Source: Rhynchobatus australiae (lineage: Eukaryota). From it: a DNA stretch of 64,000 nt. The notes under the pieces were generated by a model. The model did no database searches. It was not told the origin of the DNA and saw nothing but the letters and a program-made list of their open reading frames with translations. This document shows, piece after piece, positions 49,825 to 61,058 of the stretch; positions within the stretch are counted from its first letter, which is position 1, and each line of letters opens with the position of its first letter. The position numbers and the translations under genes were made by a program. Where the stretch lies: positions 14,055,718 to 14,119,717 of the forward strand of contig JAUZTB010000048.1 of NCBI GenBank assembly GCA_034780895.1. Direction: 5' to 3'.

Positions 49825-51100
49825 CAGATCACATAGGGACATCTTCTCAGATTTCTTTCTCTAAAGATTATTATTGGGCCTTTTATGATGATCCATTAGC
49901 ATCATCTTTTTTACTGATTCTAGTTTTATATTTCCAGAATTCTTAAACTAAATTCATATTCTTAACATGCTTTGATGGGATTTGCAATTAGATTTTCTGG
50001 ATTATTGGTTCTGTAACATACTACTATACTTCCACAGCCAGACAAGATGAAAGGCTCAACACCTCTAATGAAGCTTGATGTGCTCTACAATTCAGAATTG
50101 CCTAGGATTGGGAACCATATTGACTGCTTTAAAAAAAGTTAAGTTAATAGTAGTGAGTGAACAACTATAAAAAAAAAGTACTTAGGCTTATTGTTCAACC
50201 AGAAGACAAATGGAAAGACTTTAAAGAAATAATGCTGGGTAAGCAGAGTAAATTTATTCTCAAAACTTGCAAGAATCTAAACATATGTTATACCAATTGA
50301 ATTGAAATCTGTTAAATGTGAAGTAAAGAGTGAAAATAGCTTCCTATAAATTGTGGTGAAAAAAGGAAGTTGTTGACTGGATAGTAGATATCTAAGAAGT
50401 ACATTTCCACTTCTGGGGAAGATTAAAACCACAATCATTATGAGATTCCGGTCAGGGAGGGAGTTGAAGAAACTTGTTCATTCAGCAAGTCCTGAGGTTT
50501 TTCTCACTACCACCACCAATCGTGGAGGTGAATAGCAATAGTGCATTTCAGCAGGAGGGAATAGTGAATCCTTATGATGGAATTAGAAGGCAAAGGACGG
50601 GCAATGACTTGAATTGACCATAATTACCAGCATGCATCAAACACATGTTGCTGGATTATGCATTTCTGTAAAGCTTGATGATAATGTTGTACTTCAACTT
50701 TTCATAAAGGACTACATAAAAAGCAATTAACAATGTTCAGAGCTATGGGGATATGGGGTAAATCCTAGCAGCAGTGAGGAAACAGTTTTCCACTACCCTG
50801 CCAATGTACTTATTAAGTCTGTAGAACATTGGAGTGTGGGCATGAGTACTGTGTGAATCTCTCGGGGCTTAGTGCTTGGATCACCATCATTTCTGAGTGA
50901 TGCTATTGCATTGAGTTTTAGAATCCAGAGCAAAGTGGATTTTTAAAATCCAGAGCAAAATCATCCAGATTTTTAGATGATACAAAACTAGAGGGGCAAG
51001 GAAAAAGTCAAAATTAGACAATGAGTTGAATACAATATGCAAGGGGTAAAACAAATGATTATAAGTTTAATGAAAAGAAGTGGGGAAGATTATAATTTGA

Positions 51101-51648
51101 CCATAAGACTATAAAACATAGGAGCAGAATTAGACCATTTGGTCCTTCAAGTCTGCTCCACCATTAAATCATGGCTGATTTATTTTTCTCCCATTCTCCT
51201 GCCTCTCCCCCAACTATTGATGCCCTTACTAATCAAGAACCTATCAACCTTCCCTTTCAATGTACCCAGTGACTTGCCCTCCACAGCCGTCTGTGGCAAT
51301 GAATTCCATGGATTCTGGCTAAAGAACTTCCTCCTCATGTCTGTTCTAAAGGGAAGTTCTTCTGTTCTGAGGCTGTGCCCTCTGGTCCTAGACTCTCCCA
51401 CTACTGGAAACCTCCTCTCCACGTCCACTCTATCCAGGCCTTTCAATATTCGGTAGGTTTCAATGAGATTCCCCCCATCATCTTTCTAATCTTTCTAAAC
51501 TGCAGCAAGTACAGGCCCAGAGTCATCAAATGCTGGTCATGCATTAACCCTTTCATTCCTGGGATCATTCTTGTAAACCTCCTCTGGACCCTCTCCAATA
51601 CCAGCACATCCTTCCTGAGATATGGGGCCCAAAACTGTTCACAGAATT
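51101..51648 (-). mobile_element. CR1 LINE 3' end
   Basis: KGLDRVDVERRFPVVGESRTRGHSLR and WNSLPQTAVE; ccataagactataaaacataggagcag tail. Confidence 0.93.
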
Positions 51649-52329
51649 GACTGAAAAGTACCTGGCCCTAATATTATATGAATGGAATTTAAATAGCTGA
51701 TGATGAAGCTCAGAGAACTATGATTTTTAGTAGCTTTGGTATTAAACATGTTCAAACAATGCAGAGCAGCAGTCAAAAAAATCAATAGGATGCTTAACAA
51801 CAGTCAAAATAATAGTACAGATTTTAGATGAGGCAGTGCTAAAATTTAGTAGATATTGTTCTTGGAATAAGGACAGTATTTAAGAAGCGTAGACAGTACA
51901 GAGAAGAACCAGAAAGCTGATCACTATTGATAGAATAGTTGCAGCATGGAAAGAGGATGTTCTGCCCATCGAGTACTTACCAGATCTCCAGAAGAGTAAT
52001 TCAGCTAGTCCCAATTCCCCACCCTTTTCTCTTGGCCCTGCACATTTTTCCCTTTCAATTATTTTTCATTTAATATACTCCACAATATTGCTTTGCCATG
52101 CTAAATGTACATTACAGTCTGCTATGATAATTGTATTACCCTTGTTAAAGGCACCTATAATTTCCTGCTATTGTTATGCCCTGCATTGCCATTACTCTTT
52201 ACAGCCTACATACAAGAACCATCAATACCTCTGTCCTTTACTCCACCCAGACTGATTCTACCTTGATTTTCTGGACTAATATCTTTCCTTTCCACTGGCT
52301 CTATCCCAAGTTTGGAGTCTGAGATACAG

Positions 52330-52430
52330 GTAACTGAAAATAGAAAGTAGGATATACTCAGCAGGTCAGACAGCATTTACAAAGGGAGAAACGGAGTTAA
52401 CGCTTCAAGTTGATGTATTTCATCCCAATG
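52330..52430 (-). mobile_element. Penelope-type terminal repeat (family 1), decayed
   Basis: atactcagcaggtcagacagcattt...gagttaacgcttcaagttgatgtatttcatc. Confidence 0.7.
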
Positions 52431-52754
52431 TTGGATGGAGGGAACCTCAGTTGGAATTTCTTCTAACATGTGTTTCATAAGAAAAAGCTGGACAAAGTGG
52501 GCCTCTCAACTTGGAAGGGATGTGAAAATGAGGTGATCATATAGTTGCATATAAGATTGTGAAGCATATGGAAGAAACTGAGAATATTACTTTTCATTAA
52601 ATAGGGAAAGTAGAGTCAGATGACATAGGTTCAAAAATGTAAGATGATCTTAGGAAAAGTACCAGGAAATTATTCTTAATGCAACAGATTATTAAAATTT
52701 GGAATGGATTTTGGTAAAACTCCATCTATCTAGCATACTTGAGACTTTGGTGTC

Positions 52755-53765
52755 AAAGAGTCATACAGCATGGGTACAGGCCATCTGGCCCACCATGTCC
52801 TCGCTGACTAGTGAGCACCCATCTGTATAAATCTTGTGTTCTGGCACTTAGCCTGCACCTTTCTATGACTAGGCAATTTTAAGTGCTCATCTGGACACCT
52901 CTTGAATGCAGTTGGTGACTCTCTTTCCACCACTCTCTCTGGTAGTGCATTCCAAATAGTTACCACTTTCTGNNNNNNNNNNNNNNNNNNNNNNNNNNNN
53001 NNNNNNNNNNNNNNNNNNNNNNNNNNNNNNNNNNNNNNNNNNNNNNNNNNNNNNNNNNNNNNNNNNNNNNNNGAACATAGAAAAACTACAGCACAATTCA
53101 GGCCCTTCAGCCCACAAAGCTGTGCCGAACATGTCCTCACCCTAGAAATTACTATGCTTGCCCATAGCCCTGTATTTTACTTAGCTCCATGTACCTATCT
53201 AACAGCCTCTTGAAAGAACCTATCATATCCGCCTCCAGCACCATTTCCGGCAGCCCATTCCATGCACCATCTCTTACCCCTTTGCCCTATATCTATGTCC
53301 TCTAGTTTATTTACCTTTGATAAGCTGAAAAGTTTCTTGCAGCCTACCCAATATATACCCCTCAGATCCCAGATGCCGCCTTAACCACATTATCTACCTG
53401 CACTGCTTCCTTCACGGCTCTTTGGATTTGCACACCAGGGTCCCTCTGTTCGTCAGTACTCCCTAGGACCTTGCCATTCATGGTGTATGTCCAAGCCTCA
53501 TTACTGCCCCCAAGATCATCACATCACATTTATCAGGATTAACCTCCCATCCCATTTCACCAACACATCATATCACCTTGTAGCCTAAGACTACTCTCCC
53601 CACTGTCAACAACTCTGCTTATCTTTGTGTCATCTGCAAACTTACCAATCATGCCTCCTACTTCAAAATCTAAAGTATTCATTTATATTACAAACAACAA
53701 GGGTCCCAACACTGATCCATCCATGTGGAACACCACTTGTCACAGGCATCCAATTACAAACACAG
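52755..53765 (-). mobile_element. CR1 fragments (tail 52755-52972, second tail 53073-53270, RT region 53290-53765)
   Basis: VVTIWNALPERVVE; WMPVTSGVPHG; GPLLFVIY and GKFADDTKI on the minus strand. Confidence 0.85.
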
Positions 53766-53989
53766 CCCTCTACCTGCTGAGTTCCTCCAGCATTCTGTAT
53801 GTGTCCCTCTACCATTGCTCTCTGTTTCCCATTGCCAGACTGGATCCAGATCCAACTTGACCTGGATCCCATGGGCCCTGATGTTTGCAGTGCTGGACTG
53901 ACAGATTTTCCAGATGATTGGATGTTATTCCCCAATTAATATTCCAAAAATGCTATTAATTTGATTTTATTTCGATGTTATGCTCCCCA

Positions 53990-54195
53990 TGGCAACCCTG
54001 GCTTTGTCCTGTCAGTGATGTTCACCTTGTCCTGTCCATCCCCCCTCCTCCCATTCTGCAATGCAAACCCAACTTTTTTTTTTCTCTCTTTCTCAGCTCT
54101 AATGAAGGATCTTCAACTTGATGTTAACTCTGTTTCTTTCCCAGATGCTTCTTAATCTGCAGGCTGCTTGCAGTATTTTCTGTTCTATATTCCAA
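53990..54195 (+). mobile_element. Penelope-type 3' UTR plus terminal repeat
   Basis: Reverse-complement homologue of 60072-60270; CTAATGA-AGGATCTTCAACTT-GA-TGTT-AACT. Confidence 0.65.
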
Positions 54196-54479
54196 CCTGT
54201 TCCACCACTTTCAATGATCTGGGCACACATGCACTTCCCAGGTCCCTCTGCTCCTGCCAGCCCTAATTTGAACATTATCCTTTATTATATATTATCTCTC
54301 TACATTCTTCCCGCCAAAATGCGTCAGCTCCCTTCCAGCATTGGCAGTTTTTGCTCCAAACATAATAATCTTTGTTGCTTGCACCTCTGCTTGCTTGATT
54401 GATGCACTATCTGATACAACAATTGTTAGGGGACTAAATTACATTCAGGTGCATTGTTAGCTTTGTATTGATACTTACA

Positions 54480-54840
54480 TATATAATAAAAGACCCCTCC
54501 CACCCTGGATATTCTCTCTCCTCCCTCCCATCGGGCAGAAGATATAATAGCCTGAGCGTACTTGCCACAAGGCTTAAGGACAGCTTTTATCCCGTTAGAT
54601 AACTATTGAATGGACCTCGTGTACAATAAGATGGACTCTTGACCTCACAATCTTCCTTGTCATGGCCGTGCACCTTATTGAATCTGGACTGCTCTTCCTC
54701 CGTGGCTGCAACACTATTTTCTGCATTCTATTATTGCTTTTCCCTTGGTGTACTGATGTTGTGAAATGATCTGTATGGATGACATGCAAGATAAAGTTTT
54801 TCACTGAACCTCAGTACATGTGACAGTAATAAACCAATTA
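54480..54840 (+). mobile_element. Rex1/Babar-type LINE 3' end
   Basis: IIKDPSHPGYSL and LPSGRRYNSLSVLATRLKDSFYP. Confidence 0.85.
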
Positions 54841-55255
54841 TCAGTTACCTATTAATTCCACCCAGNNNNNNNNNNNNNNNNNNNNNNNNNNNNNNNNNNN
54901 NNNNNNNNNNNNNNNNNNNNNNNNNNNNNNNNNNNNNNNNNNNNNNNNNNNNNNNNNNNNNNNNNTGTGAAATGATCTGTATGGATGACATGCAAGATAA
55001 AGTTTTTCACTGAACCTCACTACATGTGACAGTAATAAACCAATTATCAGTTACCTATTAATTCCACCCAGACTGATACTCTGTTTGATTTTCTGTGCTG
55101 CAATCTTTTCTCTTTCTAATATCTTTGTCGTATCTGTTATTAAGGCCACACCTTTTCCACTGGTCTCTTTCATTTTGCCTATTCTCAAAATAGTTTTACA
55201 TTAAGTATTAAGGAAATAGAAGTGTACAAATAAGCATAAAGAAAAATGGATTTAA

Positions 55256-55605
55256 GGGGCAGTACACTGGTGCTGCTACTATCTCTTAGCTCCAGTGACT
55301 TTGGTTCAATCTTGACCTCTGGTGCTGTCTGTATGGAGTTTGCATGTTCTCTTTGTGATACTGTGGGTTTTCTCCGTTTGGTCCAGTTTCCTTGCACATC
55401 CCAAAAATGTGCAGGTTGACAGATTAATTGGTCACTGTAAATTTTCCCCATGGTGTGAGGTGAGTGATAGAATCCGGGGGTAGTTGAGGGCACTGTGGAG
55501 AGAATAAAATGGGATTAGTGTAGGATTGTTGTACGGGGGCACTTGATGGTCACTGTGGACTTGTTGGGCTGAAAGACCTGATTCCATGCTGTATGACTCT
55601 AACTC
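55256..55605 (+). mobile_element. Full-length V-SINE (HE1-type)
   Basis: tRNA-like head with ggttcaatc B-box, V-domain gctgtctgtatggagtttgcatgttctc, and CR1-type tail gggctgaaagacctgattccatgctgtatgactct. Confidence 0.9.
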
Positions 55606-57904
55606 TGTGGAAAGAATTGAATATTAATTGCATTATTTAAGAAATATTGGTTTTTGATTTGGAAAAAGATAATTAACAACGCTCATGATAGTGACCGCTT
55701 AATTCTGATCTCTGTTGTTGCCATGGTACCTGCAATCTGTATTTCCGGACATTGATCTTGGGACCTTTACCAGCATATATCTATTAATTAGGTACCAAAG
55801 GATACTATGTCTGTATTCTCCCTGATGCTGTCTAAACCTGGCCTAAATAACAATTAATTCTTTTTAGTAAAAAAAAATCAGAATTTNNNNNNNNNNNNNN
55901 NNNNNNNNNNNNNNNNNNNTATTTTAGTCTTAATAGACACTTCCATACAATATTAAAAGACAACTTCAAAGATATTTATTTCTAAGTCATGAGAATGTGT
56001 GGGTGTTATTAATCATTCTGACATTGTGTCTGAAGGATCTGAAGTTATATCTTGCTGTAGCTAAAAACTAGGAGCATGTTAGTGAGGCAAAAGTTCAGTG
56101 GGAATGGTTTGATTTGATCTGATCAAAGGGATACAGACCGTGTACTACAACCACTTAGAACACCAGAATTATTTACATGATTAGGTTTGTGCTAGGTTAT
56201 TTGCCAAATCTCAAGTTTTGTTTAAGTGGAAGAACTACTAACTAAAGTCATTGCTTTGTGGCTGTTTTTTGAGTTTATAAAAGTTTTTTCAAGGTTTCAT
56301 TTAACATATTAATTTCATTTAGTTGATTTCCACATTCGTTATCAATTTTTTCCACACAGAAAAATAAAAATAAGGTAAGAATTCCTCCCTTATTCAGNNN
56401 NNNNNNNNNNNNNNNNNNNNNNNNNNNNNNNNNNNNNNNNNNNNNNNNNNNNNNNNNNNNNNNNNNNNNNNNNNNNNNNNNNNNNNNNNNNNNNNNNNNN
56501 NNNNNNNNNNNNNNNNNNNNNNNNNNNNNNNNNNNNNNNNNNNNNNNNNNNNNNNNNNNNNNNNNNNNNNNNNNNNNNNNNNNNNNNNNNNNNNNNNNNN
56601 NNNNNNNNNNNNNNNNNNNNNNNNNNNNNNNNNNNNNNNNNNNNNNNNNNNNNNNNNNNNNNNNNNNNNNNNNNNNNNNNNNNNNNNNNNNNNNNNNNNN
56701 NNNNNNNNNNNNNNNNNNNNNNNNNNNNNNNNNNNNNNNNNNNNNNNNNNNNNNNNNNNNNNNNNNNNNNNATCTTTGACCAATGATATCAAGTTCTGTA
56801 ATAATGACATCTGTGACATAACTACATTTTGATCTTCTACTGAAATGCTATGATATTACCAAATAAATTCATCCATCCAAAGATGTCCAATGTACAGTAA
56901 TTTCAGATATTCTCTTTGGAAAGGCAGACATTTGACTACATGCAGATGTAATTTTAGTGAATGCACATTAGCCCATCTCTTTCAGAAACCATCAGGGAGA
57001 CCAGAATAAGATCTATCACTTTAAAAATTCTAACACTAAATTAATTCACTCAAAGGATGTAAATTTTATTTATTTATCTTCCAGCAGAGGTTAAGATTAC
57101 GAGCGGCATATTTTATAGATTTCTACTCAGCCAAACTAGGAATCAGTGATGCAGAGTGTGAGGACTGGTAGGTCAGCGTTGTTATTGTACTTTGATAACA
57201 AACTAATTAAGCTGCCTTGATCACAGAAGAGGAAGAACAAGAGTTCATTACAGTTTTCATTATAGTGGCATTACATGTAANNNNNNACACACAGTGCTGA
57301 GCTTGTAGTACAGTCGCTATGTTATATTTTTCAAATACTAAAGATTTTATGAGCCGTTCTTTTAAGATACCAGTTATTTTAGGAGCAACTTTGGAGGGCA
57401 CTGTTATGGTAACACAGCCATGAAATCTCTTTTGGCTGAGAGGTGGGATGGAAACATTGTAGAATTTTAATGACATAGTACTGCTTTGTTGAACAATCAG
57501 CAGACATGATACATGTGTGGAACAGAACAGAGAAAAGATGCTTTTTTTTAATAGTCCCACGAGAAGTTGTTTCACTTCCTGTGAACTCCAAATTCGGTGA
57601 CCAAACTGAGATTTGAAGTAAATATAAGAAGATAAAAATACACAGGACAGGAATGAGAAAATAAATCCTATTTTGTCTGAACAGTTTGTCCTGTCGATTA
57701 AGTCTGAGGACAGGATGACCTGTTTTGATTGCTTTCATTTCCGCCTTGTATTGGTCCCAAATTGTGCTCCATGTATTTATCAGAAAATTTTCTCCTTTTG
57801 ATATGTTGGACAATAGCATAGTTGCTTGTAGCTTGCAATTGGATTGTTTATAAGTTGATTCTTGGTTGCATTCTGATTCAGCACAGAGTTTTGCCAGGTC
57901 CATC

Positions 57905-58125
57905 CTTGGAGAGTGGCGAGTACTGGGAATGTACTGCCAGACAGAGTGGTAGAAGCAGATTTGCTGACAGCATTTAAGAAGTGTTTTGTCGAGTATTTGA
58001 ATCACTGAGGCACAGAAGGCTCTGGGTCAAGTGCTAGAAGATAGGATTCATACAGATGGGTGATCACTGGTCGACATGGACTTAGGTCCAAGTAACCTGT
58101 TTCCATGCTGTACAACTCTGAATCT
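57905..58125 (+). mobile_element. CR1 LINE 3' end
   Basis: NVLPDRVVEADLLTAFKKC and the cctgtttccatgctgtacaactctgaatct tail. Confidence 0.85.
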
Positions 58126-58639
58126 AGTCACCTTTGCAGTTTTAACTGTAAATAGATCAGTCATGTGACCAGCAGGTTGGAGATGTTATGGAGCTATCTG
58201 ACTTGGACCCGTGATCATAATGTCATGGAGCATGCACAGCATGCCTCATTAACCTTCTGAGCATTGTTGCTAACAGCAGCCCTGCCTGCAGAAGTAGAGT
58301 GGCTGCATCTGAAAGTGTCGAGATCCACCAGAAAAGATGGTCATGGCAGTGCCTAATGGGAGCCTAACAGAACAGTGCAAGATAACTTGCTGAGAAAAGG
58401 CAGTGTTGAAGTCCCAAGCATGCTGGGTCATTCTTCCTGCTCTTCCAGAACCAAGTTACTTTCTTCTCATCATGGACCTTCCTCAAAATTTCGTAACTAG
58501 GAATAGATTAAAATATCAACTTATATTGCTTACTAAACATGGATTTGGAGCATATCTGTACAAAATATGGACTTAGTATATTAGGGTATTGTAAGAAGGT
58601 GTAAACAGGTGCTTGATAAAGCAAAAGTTGTTGCATTGA

Positions 58640-59625
58640 ATTGATCATTTTCTCATGCAGACCCTCAGGATTGAAGGTAACTTATTTCCGCTCTACTCTA
58701 GTTGTTTCTGAGGTGACTAGTGAGTCCAATGTGGGAAGCCCAGACCCTTCCATCGATAAGTCAGGAGGTGGGCTGAAAGTTTGCGAGGTGGTCCAGTCTG
58801 CCAACCATTTACACTGGGCTTCTGTGTGCTTCTGCTGCATGTACTTTGGGTGCTCAATTGCATTCCAATTGTTTCTTTTCCACTTTGAGCTGTGATGGGC
58901 CAGAGATTCCCCAGAGTCAGTTGAGATGTTGCATTTTTTTTAAGGAGGCTTGAACAAATGCATGAAGCTTTTCCCATGTCCATCTGGTAATCTTCTCCAT
59001 GACAGAGCTCCAGATATTGTGCCTGTTTTGGGAGTCCACTGTCAGGCTTGCAAAGGATGTGGCCCACCCAATATAACTGACTGATAGTAACTGGGGCCTC
59101 AGTTTTGGGGGTGTTAGCTTGGGCAAGGATGCTGACATTGATTTGCTTGTCTTTCCAATGATTTTGGAGGATTTTCTGGAGACAGTAATGGTGCTGTCTT
59201 TCCATTGCCTTAACGTGCTTGCTGTAGTATTCTAGGTCTCAGAAGCTTATAGGAGGGAAGAGATCTGTGTCAGTGCATTGAAATCAGTGGTAAATCTTGT
59301 CAGCGATATCCTGCCTTTACTGAGAGTTAGCTCCCAAGATGTGAAAAGTGATTGATATTTGCTAGAGTCTCATCATGAAACATTATTGAGGGCATCGTAG
59401 GCATGGTAGTAGAGGATCTTTATCTTGTGGATTTTGAATGTAATGCCTGTTGTTGCTTGTGCTTCAGTGAATGAGTTAACAATGGCTTGGAGCTGGTCCT
59501 CTGAGCATGCACAAACACAAGCATTGCCAGCATCCTGCAGGTGAGGTTTGGGCATCCTCGTTTCTGATGTTTGCCATAAATTGAACAGCTTCCCAGTTGC
59601 TCTGAGGATTAGCTGCCCTCCATAA
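58640..59625 (-). mobile_element. RTE-clade LINE, 3' half
   Basis: RATGKLFNL; QDAGNACVCACSEDQLQAIVNSF (degenerate YADD region); ERQHHYCLQKILQNHWKDKQINVSIL; QLYWVGHI; LPKQ. Confidence 0.88.
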
Positions 59626-60071
59626 TTAACACCTGTGAAAAGGATCTAGTCTTGGCTTCTTTACCAAGAAGAACCAGGAGATTAAGGAAATAACAAATGC
59701 CTGGCATTCCAGGATTGGAAGTTCCACTTTTCCTTAAGGGAAAAGAAACAATTCCCCAGACACCCAAAGGGGGCAGAAAACAAAGAGCATAGGGGGCGCA
59801 ATGNNNNNNNNNNNNNNNNNNNNNNNNNNTCCAGCACTGTCAAGGTCATCTGAGGTCCAAACTCCAAGACTTCACCCCAGTGAGAGTCAAGAATGTAGAT
59901 GATATTATCAATGATGGAGGCAGTCAATACCTGCTGGGCATCCTTAACTATGACTCGGTCCTTGATGTGAGCACCCCTGATTCCATCCCACAGCAGGCTA
60001 CTTGGTCCATCTTTGCTGCCCCTCCTGATCAACAAGAAGTTGGAAAAAATAGTATCCTGACTAAAAACTAA

Positions 60072-60500
60072 CAAATAAAATAGAAAATGCTGGAAACACC
60101 CAGCAGGTGAGACAGCATCTGTAGAAAGAGAAACAGAGTTAATGTTTCTGGTCAAAGACGCTTCATCAGAACAGCGGAAAAGAGAAAACTAGGTAGTTTT
60201 ATGTTGTAAAAGGTGGGGGACAGTTGGAGAGGACAATGGGAATATGACTGATAGGGTGGGGCCAGGGTTATCATGGTGATAAACTGTGGATGAAATCATC
60301 TGGTTGATAGATTAATGAGGGTGGTTGAAGAGAGAGAAAACAAAGGGACATGTAAATGCTGGTCAGAGACAAACAAAGAGACTTCGGCAGCAGTGTCCTT
60401 GCTGAAGATTGAAAACTATGCCGTGAAGAGCTTTGGTCATGAATCCACAGTCTCTTCTGAGAAGAGAAGAATATACAAGAGGACCTCAGAGATGTCATAA
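60072..60500 (-). mobile_element. Penelope-type terminal repeat + UTR; best-preserved hammerhead core in the window
   Basis: Minus strand 60172-60138 reads GTT-CTGATGA-AGCGTCTTTGACCA-GAAA-CATT-AAC. Confidence 0.75.
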
Positions 60501-60504
60501 TCAT

Positions 60505-60602
60505 GATATGGCTTTATGTCGTGCACTGTACTGCTGCCACAAAACTACAAATTTCACAACATTTGTCAGTGATAATAAACCTGATTCTAATTCTGATTCT
60601 GA
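60505..60602 (+). mobile_element. LINE 3' tail (Rex1-type) ending in (ATTCTG)n
   Basis: gcactgtactgctgccacaaaactacaaatttcac...gataataaacctgattctaattctgattctga. Confidence 0.65.
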
Positions 60603-60864
60603 AAGGAGATGAGTCCAATGTACTAACTACAGAGGAATCTTCCTGCTGTCTGCCACAGGCAAATTCATCACCAGGATCCTTGTTAAATGCCTTGTCCCGG
60701 TGGCCAAATGACTTTTCCTCAAGTCTCAGTGTGGATTCTATCCATCTAGAGATAAAGTGGACATGAACTTCACCATGCAACAACTCCTAGTGAAATACAG
60801 GGAGCAGCACCAACCATTATACATTGTTTTTCTCAACCTGACTAAAGCCTTTGATTTTTTTCTA

Positions 60865-61058
60865 AATTTTACTTACAGCGTGGTAACAGGCCCTTCTGGC
60901 CCAATGAGTCCGCGCCACCCATTTTGAACCCATATTAACTACCCGTATGTCTTTGGAATGTGGGAAGAAACCGGAGCACTTGGAGGAAACCCACGCAGAC
61001 ACAGGAGAACGTACAAACTCCTTACAGACAGTGACGGGAATCGAACCCCGATCGCTGG
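60865..61058 (-). mobile_element. V-SINE (5' end lies in the gap)
   Basis: Reverse complement of 49440-49600 plus the B-box aatcgaacccc. Confidence 0.9.

Larger units (their letters stand above)
49262..50035 (-). mobile_element. SINE (head + LINE-like tail) carrying a nested fold-back element, a V-SINE and an (AC)n tract
   Basis: 49262-49335 resembles the reverse complement of the LINE tail at 7790-7860. 49845-49935 resembles the reverse complement of 4135-4222 (ctagaatcagtaa; ctttagagaaagaaatctg). Confidence 0.55.
50950..52745 (+). mobile_element. Old fragmented CR1 LINE interrupted by younger insertions
   Basis: FLDDTKLEG at ~50970; QCRAAVKKINRML at ~51755; GDHIVAYKI and WNG near 52530-52710. 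Confidence 0.55.
59630..60856 (+). mobile_element. RTE-clade LINE, more 5' segment in inverted orientation, interrupted at 60065-60600
   Basis: NQEIKEI and AFQDWK; LNYDSVLDVSTPDSIPQQ and QEV; NYRGIFLLSATGKFITRIL, SQCGFYP, REQHQPLYIVFLNLTKAFD. Confidence 0.85.

Noticed and set aside
54760-55071. 106-nt direct repeat (54760-54865 and 54966-55071)
   Set aside because: It flanks a 100-N gap with one mismatch; an assembly overlap artefact.
55256-55330. tRNA gene
   Set aside because: The B-box-like head belongs to a V-SINE and there is no intact cloverleaf. The same applies to the other SINE heads.
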